DNA from: Candidatus Omnitrophota bacterium | Lineage (GTDB): Bacteria > Omnitrophota > Omnitrophia > Omnitrophales > Aquincolibacteriaceae | DNA length: 64,000 bases | Direction of reading: 5' to 3' | Assembly (NCBI GenBank): GCA_043732705.1 | Contig: JAYTHE010000032.1 | Coordinates: 2,005-66,004 of the forward strand | In this document: one piece after another, positions 59,419 to 64,000 of the stretch | Layout: each line of letters starts with the position of its first letter | Numbering within the stretch: position 1 is the stretch's first letter | Program-made: the position numbers and the translations under genes | Notes under the pieces: generated by a model | Seen by the model: only the letters and a program-made list of their open reading frames with translations | What the model was told of the DNA's origin: nothing | Databases searched by the model: none

Positions 59419-60483
59419 ATGAAAATCAAAAAAGCTTCGGCGAAGATTTGGCGTGCCGAATTGAATCAGCCTTTTAAAATAGCTACCGGCGCTCATTCCA
59501 TTCTTGAAAATGTATTGCTTGCCGTCGAACTTGAAGACGGGACTCGGGGATACGGTGAGGCGCCTGTCGCCACGCATATTACCGGGGAAACAGTTAAGCA
59601 AACGCTTGCGAATCTCAAAAAGTGCGCGGAGCAAATTCAGGGACGCAGTATTTTTGATTATGCGGATTTTTACCCGGCATGGGAAAAGCTTTTCAAAGAA
59701 AATAAATGCGGGATGGCGGCGGCGGAAATGGCCGTATTTGATGCGTTGACCCGTAAATTAAAAATGCCGTTTTGGAAATGTTTTGGGGATAAACCTGAAA
59801 TTTTAAAAACAGATTTGACAATAGTGGTCGGTTCTTCGGAAGAGGCGCGGCTTGCTGCCGAGAAAATTCACGAGCTGGGGATTTTGACATTGAAGATTAA
59901 AATCGGAAAAAATCCCGAGATGGATTTGGAGCGTGTAAAAGCGGCGGCAAAAGTTTCACCTTACAGCCGCATTTACCTGGACGCAAATCAAGGATTTACC
60001 GTGAAATCCATTCTGAAGCTGATTGATGATTTGGCTCAAATTAAAATTATTCCGGAATTGATCGAACAGCCTGTGCCGAAGCATGATTTGAAAGGCTTGA
60101 TTGAAATTAGCCGCAAAACAAAAATTATGATTTGCGCGGATGAAAGTGCTTCATCGCCGGATGATGTTCGGAAGCTGGTGAAGATGGGGTTTAAAGGCGC
60201 GGTTAATATTAAGTTTGTGAAATTTGGTATTCGCGGCGCATGCGAGGCGGTTGCGATCGCAAAAGAGGCCGGTTTGAAACTAATGATGGGGGTGATGATG
60301 GAGTCACCGCTTGCAACGACGGCCGCGGCCCATTTTGCGGCGGCGCTCGGCGGCTTTGATTTTATTGATTTGGATTCACCCTATTTTATGAAAGAGCAGA
60401 TTACTCGCGGTTTCTCAATCGGTGCTGGCGGCGTTTATGACTTGAGGAAGATTAAAGCCGGCATCGGTGTTGAACCTTCATGA
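59419..60483 (+). CDS. enolase-superfamily dipeptide epimerase (L-Ala-D/L-Glu epimerase-like)
   Basis: KIKIG...YLDANQGFT...ELIEQPV...ICADES pattern of MR/MLE enzymes. Confidence 0.7.
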   Translation: MKIKKASAKIWRAELNQPFKIATGAHSILENVLLAVELEDGTRGYGEAPVATHITGETVKQTLANLKKCAEQIQGRSIFDYADFYPAWEKLFKENKCGMAAAEMAVFDALTRKLKMPFWKCFGDKPEILKTDLTIVVGSSEEARLAAEKIHELGILTLKIKIGKNPEMDLERVKAAAKVSPYSRIYLDANQGFTVKSILKLIDDLAQIKIIPELIEQPVPKHDLKGLIEISRKTKIMICADESASSPDDVRKLVKMGFKGAVNIKFVKFGIRGACEAVAIAKEAGLKLMMGVMMESPLATTAAAHFAAALGGFDFIDLDSPYFMKEQITRGFSIGAGGVYDLRKIKAGIGVEPS

Positions 60484-61619
60484 TCTCGATCATCTTCGCG
60501 ATTTTCTTTATTTTGGGGCTCGAAGTCTTTTTGCTGGGCCTTGCTGTTTTTCCGCGTACGAAGAATTGGTTTTCAATTATCCCCGTTATTTTTTGGCTTT
60601 ATTTTCTACCGTCTGTTTTCGCGAAGTTCGGAATTCTGCATATTCCCGAAACTTTGGCTTCATTTGCTTCGAGTTGGCTGCTGCCGCTGGCACTCATTCT
60701 GATGATTGCTCCCGCCAATGTCGGGCAATTAATGAAAATGGGAAAAACAAGTTTCGTAACTTTATGCGCGGTTTATTTTACGGTCTTGACGGGGGGATTA
60801 ATCAGTTTTCTTATTTTTCGTTCGACGCTTGCGGCAGATGCTTGGGAGGCCTTTGCGGCACTCGGCGCAACTTGGACGGGCGGCACGGTGAATATGCTCG
60901 CTGTCAAAGAAATAGTTAATTTAAGCGACAGTCACTTCTCAGTCCTGATTTTAACGGATGCTTTTATATCTTACGGATGGATGGCAATTTTAATGTTGGC
61001 CTTTCGTTGGAGCAAACATCTCGATCAATGGACGGCTTCTGAAGCTTCACAGCAGAAAAGTGATGAGTCAAGCCGGGGCTTGCCTTGGTTTCATTTTTAT
61101 GATGCCGTTTGGGTTTTGGCCGCTGTACTTTTGGTTTGGGGTTCACGGTCGCTTGCTTCCTTCATGCCAGCGACCGAAACGTTTCCGATCAAAGCTTGGG
61201 TTTTGCTTTGGGCTTCAGTCTTGGCGCTGCTTGCGGCAAGTGCGGGCTGGCATAAACTTTTGTGCAGCCGTTTTTCCCGTGAGTTCGGACTTTGGCTTTT
61301 ATATTTTGTTTTAATCGCAATTCGTGCAAACGCAGATTTCTCAATCGGAATTAAAGACTTTATGATCATGGCTGCGGCACTAGTTTGGATTTTAATCCAC
61401 GGTGCTTTAATGCTGGTTTATGCCAAAGTTTTTCGTGTCCGCTTCGCGATGGTTGCGACCGCAAGTCAGGCGGCGATTGGGGGAGTCATTTCCGCACCGG
61501 TTGTCGCCGCACTTTACGACCCGACTTTGATATCCGCTGCGGTGCTTATGGGGATATTTGGTAATTTAGTTGGGACTTATCTGGGCCTTCTTTTGGGGCA
61601 TATCATTCGCTTGCTTTAG
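60480..61619 (+). CDS. polytopic membrane protein (DUF819-like)
   Basis: 379 aa with about 10 transmembrane segments. Confidence 0.45.
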   Translation: MISIIFAIFFILGLEVFLLGLAVFPRTKNWFSIIPVIFWLYFLPSVFAKFGILHIPETLASFASSWLLPLALILMIAPANVGQLMKMGKTSFVTLCAVYFTVLTGGLISFLIFRSTLAADAWEAFAALGATWTGGTVNMLAVKEIVNLSDSHFSVLILTDAFISYGWMAILMLAFRWSKHLDQWTASEASQQKSDESSRGLPWFHFYDAVWVLAAVLLVWGSRSLASFMPATETFPIKAWVLLWASVLALLAASAGWHKLLCSRFSREFGLWLLYFVLIAIRANADFSIGIKDFMIMAAALVWILIHGALMLVYAKVFRVRFAMVATASQAAIGGVISAPVVAALYDPTLISAAVLMGIFGNLVGTYLGLLLGHIIRLL

Positions 61620-61636
61620 GTCTAGCCTCGTAATCC

Positions 61637-61685
61637 TGTCCACCTCCCGGTAGTGGACAAATTGTCCACTACCGGGAGGTGGACA
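61637..61685. repeat. 49-nt perfect palindrome (two 24-nt arms around one centre base), likely a bidirectional terminator or protein-binding site
   Basis: TGTCCACCTCCCGGTAGTGGACAA-A-TTGTCCACTACCGGGAGGTGGACA. Confidence 0.6.
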
Positions 61686-61741
61686 CAGGTATTTCATGTT
61701 GTGTGTTTTAAGATTCGTGATATCTGCCGATAAAGAGCTGT

Positions 61742-62668
61742 ATGATTACAGCTATTCCCAAATCAGGCGAAGTGCATGTTTTGCTCGACCAATTTTCAGA
61801 TTATCTTACTGTTGAAAAAGGTTTAGCGCGCAATTCCATTGATGCTTACCGCAGTGATTTGCTGCATTACCATCAAAGTTTGGTTGAACAAAAAGTCCGC
61901 GATTGGGCTAAGGTTGACCGCGCGCATATTATCCATTTTTTAGCGGATGAAGATAAGCGCGGGCTGGAGGCGACATCTCGCGCAAGAGCATTGGTAAGTA
62001 TTAAACTCTTCCATCGTTTTCTCACCAAAGAACGTTATTTAAAGGAAGACGTAACGAGCGTGCTCGAAGCGCCGAAGACTTGGAAAAAACTGCCGCAATT
62101 TTTGACGCAAACCGAAATGGAAGAAATACTGAAGCAGCCCCGGACGCGGACGCCGCGCGGTTTACGCGATCGCGCAATTTTGGAAATTCTTTATGCCGCG
62201 GGCGCACGTGTTTCCGAAGTAGCAGGTTTGCTGAAAGACAATGTTTTTTTAAGCGAGTCATTTATCAAATGCCGGGGCAAGGGAAGTAAGGAGCGTTTGG
62301 TTCCGCTTGGAAAGACTGCGGTACAATTCGCCAATGCGTACTTGGTGATGCGTGAAGAACTTTATGGCGGCAAGCTTCCCAAATCGACTTGTCCCAATTT
62401 TTTTCTGAATCCGCGAGGGCAGCCGATCTCGCGCCAATTCGTTTGGAAAATTGTAAAAAAATACGCGCTTGCTGCCGGTATTTCAAAATTGATTACACCG
62501 CATACTTTCCGTCATTCTTTCGCGACGCATTTACTTGAAAATGGCGCAGATTTGCGCGTGGTTCAAGAGTTGCTGGGTCATTCGGATATTTCAACGACAC
62601 AAATTTACACGCATGTGTCGCGAGACCGGCTTCGCAAAGTCCATGCTGAGTTTCATCCCCGCGGCTGA
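61742..62668 (+). CDS. xerD: tyrosine site-specific recombinase XerD/XerC family
   Basis: ARNSIDAYRSDL; RHSFATHLLENGADLRVVQELLGHSDISTTQIYTHV. Confidence 0.8.
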   Translation: MITAIPKSGEVHVLLDQFSDYLTVEKGLARNSIDAYRSDLLHYHQSLVEQKVRDWAKVDRAHIIHFLADEDKRGLEATSRARALVSIKLFHRFLTKERYLKEDVTSVLEAPKTWKKLPQFLTQTEMEEILKQPRTRTPRGLRDRAILEILYAAGARVSEVAGLLKDNVFLSESFIKCRGKGSKERLVPLGKTAVQFANAYLVMREELYGGKLPKSTCPNFFLNPRGQPISRQFVWKIVKKYALAAGISKLITPHTFRHSFATHLLENGADLRVVQELLGHSDISTTQIYTHVSRDRLRKVHAEFHPRG

Positions 62669-62804
62669 CCTAGTGTGCGACGCTCGATAAAGCTCGCGTC
62701 GCAAAAGCATCCTCCTATTGCGGAATTTTAAAATTTTTTTTCTAGTTAAAGCCTGCCCTGTAAAATAGTTACGATTTCTATTTTTCCCACTATATCTAGT
62801 GCAA

Positions 62805-62833
62805 TTGACAAGCCATGCCCCTATGGCTATACT
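62805..62833 (+). promoter_or_regulatory. consensus sigma70-type promoter (TTGACA-N17-TATACT) upstream of tRNA-Glu
   Basis: TTGACA at 62805-62810; 17-nt palindromic spacer AGCCATGCCCCTATGGC; TATACT at 62828-62833. Confidence 0.45.
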
Positions 62834-62924
62834 TGGCTCTCTTTTAGAAGGCACAGGTTGAGAGACTTGCTTTCTTAAGTGGTTCGCCTTGAATGAGATG
62901 CGTGCTTTAGCTGAACAATTATAT

Positions 62925-63002
62925 GTCGCTATCGTCTAGCCCGGTCTAGGACGCTGCCCTCTCAAGGCGGAAACACGGGTTCAAGTCCCGTTAGCGATAC
63001 CA
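62925..63002 (+). tRNA. tRNA-Glu (anticodon CUC) with encoded CCA
   Basis: Cloverleaf by hand: acceptor GTCGCTA/TAGCGAT; D-arm TCGTCTAG...GGAC typical of tRNA-Glu; anticodon loop CTCTCAA; T-arm ACGGG-TTCAAGT-CCCGT. Confidence 0.8.
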
Positions 63003-63026
63003 AACCTAAATGGTGGATGGTGCATT

Positions 63027-64000
63027 GTGATTAACCGATATACGCGCCCGGAAATGGGTGCGATTTGGTCTGAACAGAATAAGCTTCAAAAGTGGCTCGA
63101 TGTCGAGATTGCCGCGCTGTATGCACTTGCGAAACACGACTACATTCCTAAAAATATTCCCGCGCAAGTTAAGAAAAAAGCCAAGTTTACTGTTGAGCGC
63201 ACGCTTGAAATCGAAAAAGTTGTGAATCATGACGTGATTGCGTTTCTTACCAATGTTGCCGAGCATGTCGGGCCCGCCAGCCGTTATGTACATTACGGTT
63301 TAACTTCTTCGGATATTCTCGATACGGGGCTTGCTTTGCAAGTTTGGGATGCTTCCAAATTGATTCGCCAGGAAATCGTCAAGTTAATTGATGCTTTGGG
63401 TATCAAGGCACGCGAACATGAAAGAACTTTGATGGTGGGGCGTTCACATGGCGTGCATGCTGAACCGATTACTTTTGGTTTGAAGCTGGCTGTTTTTTAC
63501 GCAGAATTTAACCGCAACTTGGTACGTTTCGATGCGGCGGCGGAAAATATGCGTTACGGACAAATGTCCGGCGCGGTCGGAACTTTTGCGCACATTGATC
63601 CCAAAGTTGAAAAAGACGCCTGCAAGCTTTTAGGTCTTAATCCCGCGCCGGCTTCGACGCAGGTATTGCAGCGTGACCGCCACGCCGAATATATGACGAC
63701 CCTTGCTGTACTTGCGGGGTCATTAGAAAAACTTGCGACTGAAATGCGCGGATTACAGAAAACCGAAACGCTAGAAGTTCAGGAGTATTTTGCTGCCGGG
63801 CAAAAAGGTTCGTCAGCCATGCCGCATAAGCGCAATCCGATTACCTGTGAACGTATCGCGGGATTGGCACGTATTATTCGCGGCAATGCCATGGCCGCGC
63901 TTGAGAATATTGCTTTGTGGCATGAACGCGATATCACGCATTCTTCGGTTGAACGCGTTATTTTTCCTGACACTACTATATTGGTACATTACATGCTCAC
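63027..64000 (+). CDS. purB: adenylosuccinate lyase (partial; GTG start; runs off the window)
   Basis: VINRYTRPEMGAIWSEQNK...GSSAMPHKRNP signature. Confidence 0.85.
   Translation, partial: MINRYTRPEMGAIWSEQNKLQKWLDVEIAALYALAKHDYIPKNIPAQVKKKAKFTVERTLEIEKVVNHDVIAFLTNVAEHVGPASRYVHYGLTSSDILDTGLALQVWDASKLIRQEIVKLIDALGIKAREHERTLMVGRSHGVHAEPITFGLKLAVFYAEFNRNLVRFDAAAENMRYGQMSGAVGTFAHIDPKVEKDACKLLGLNPAPASTQVLQRDRHAEYMTTLAVLAGSLEKLATEMRGLQKTETLEVQEYFAAGQKGSSAMPHKRNPITCERIAGLARIIRGNAMAALENIALWHERDITHSSVERVIFPDTTILVHYML

Noticed and set aside
62690-62730. Short hairpin TGCGACG...CGTCGCA after xerD as a terminator
   Set aside because: 7-bp stem with a 14-nt loop and no following T-run; weak.
61742-63002. 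Tyrosine recombinase next to a tRNA gene as a genomic-island/prophage boundary
   Set aside because: The recombinase has XerC/D-type N-terminal and catalytic regions rather than a phage-integrase-like architecture, and no direct repeat of the tRNA 3' end was seen in the window. Flanking genes are housekeeping.

Overview
This is a 64 kb bacterial chromosomal window with moderate GC and dense, largely co-directional coding, apparently from a diderm lineage. It reads as five blocks. First (651..7211), an F-type ATPase-like cluster in a non-canonical order: alpha, epsilon, c, b/delta fusion, gamma, beta. It is preceded by a translationally coupled coiled-coil membrane protein, and no a-subunit is in the window. 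Second, fused without a gap to it, a type II secretion / type IV filament cluster with GspE (carrying an extra C-terminal PilZ domain), GspF, GspG, two minor pseudopilins, GspL/PilMN-like, GspM/PilO-like and a TPR protein; gspK sits 6 kb further on. Between those two parts lies a divergent glycosylation unit: a GT2 polyprenyl-phosphate sugar synthase, DUF2304, and an 829-aa STT3/PglB/AglB-family oligosaccharyltransferase. Third (23..43 kb), a large glycosylation island with about six polytopic GT-C-like membrane proteins, two more DPM1-like GT2 enzymes, two methyltransferases, a class II aldolase, a HAD phosphatase and a metzincin-TPR protein. It also holds two unusual multidomain fusions: a membrane domain with a uridine-kinase/PRK-like kinase, and two nucleotidyltransferase domains with a GT2. 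Fourth, ExbB-ExbD-TonB, then a photolyase operon with an arginine-rich upstream leader ORF and a long hairpin that buries the start codon. Then a TPR plus beta-barrel outer-membrane protein followed by three paralogous secreted FecR-domain proteins. Fifth, housekeeping genes (SDR, SpoU methyltransferase, acylphosphatase, LigA, dipeptide epimerase, XerD, tRNA-Glu, PurB) with a 270-nt GC-rich intergenic region closed by a 19-bp long-range helix, read here as a candidate structured RNA. No CRISPR array, rRNA or transposon was seen.
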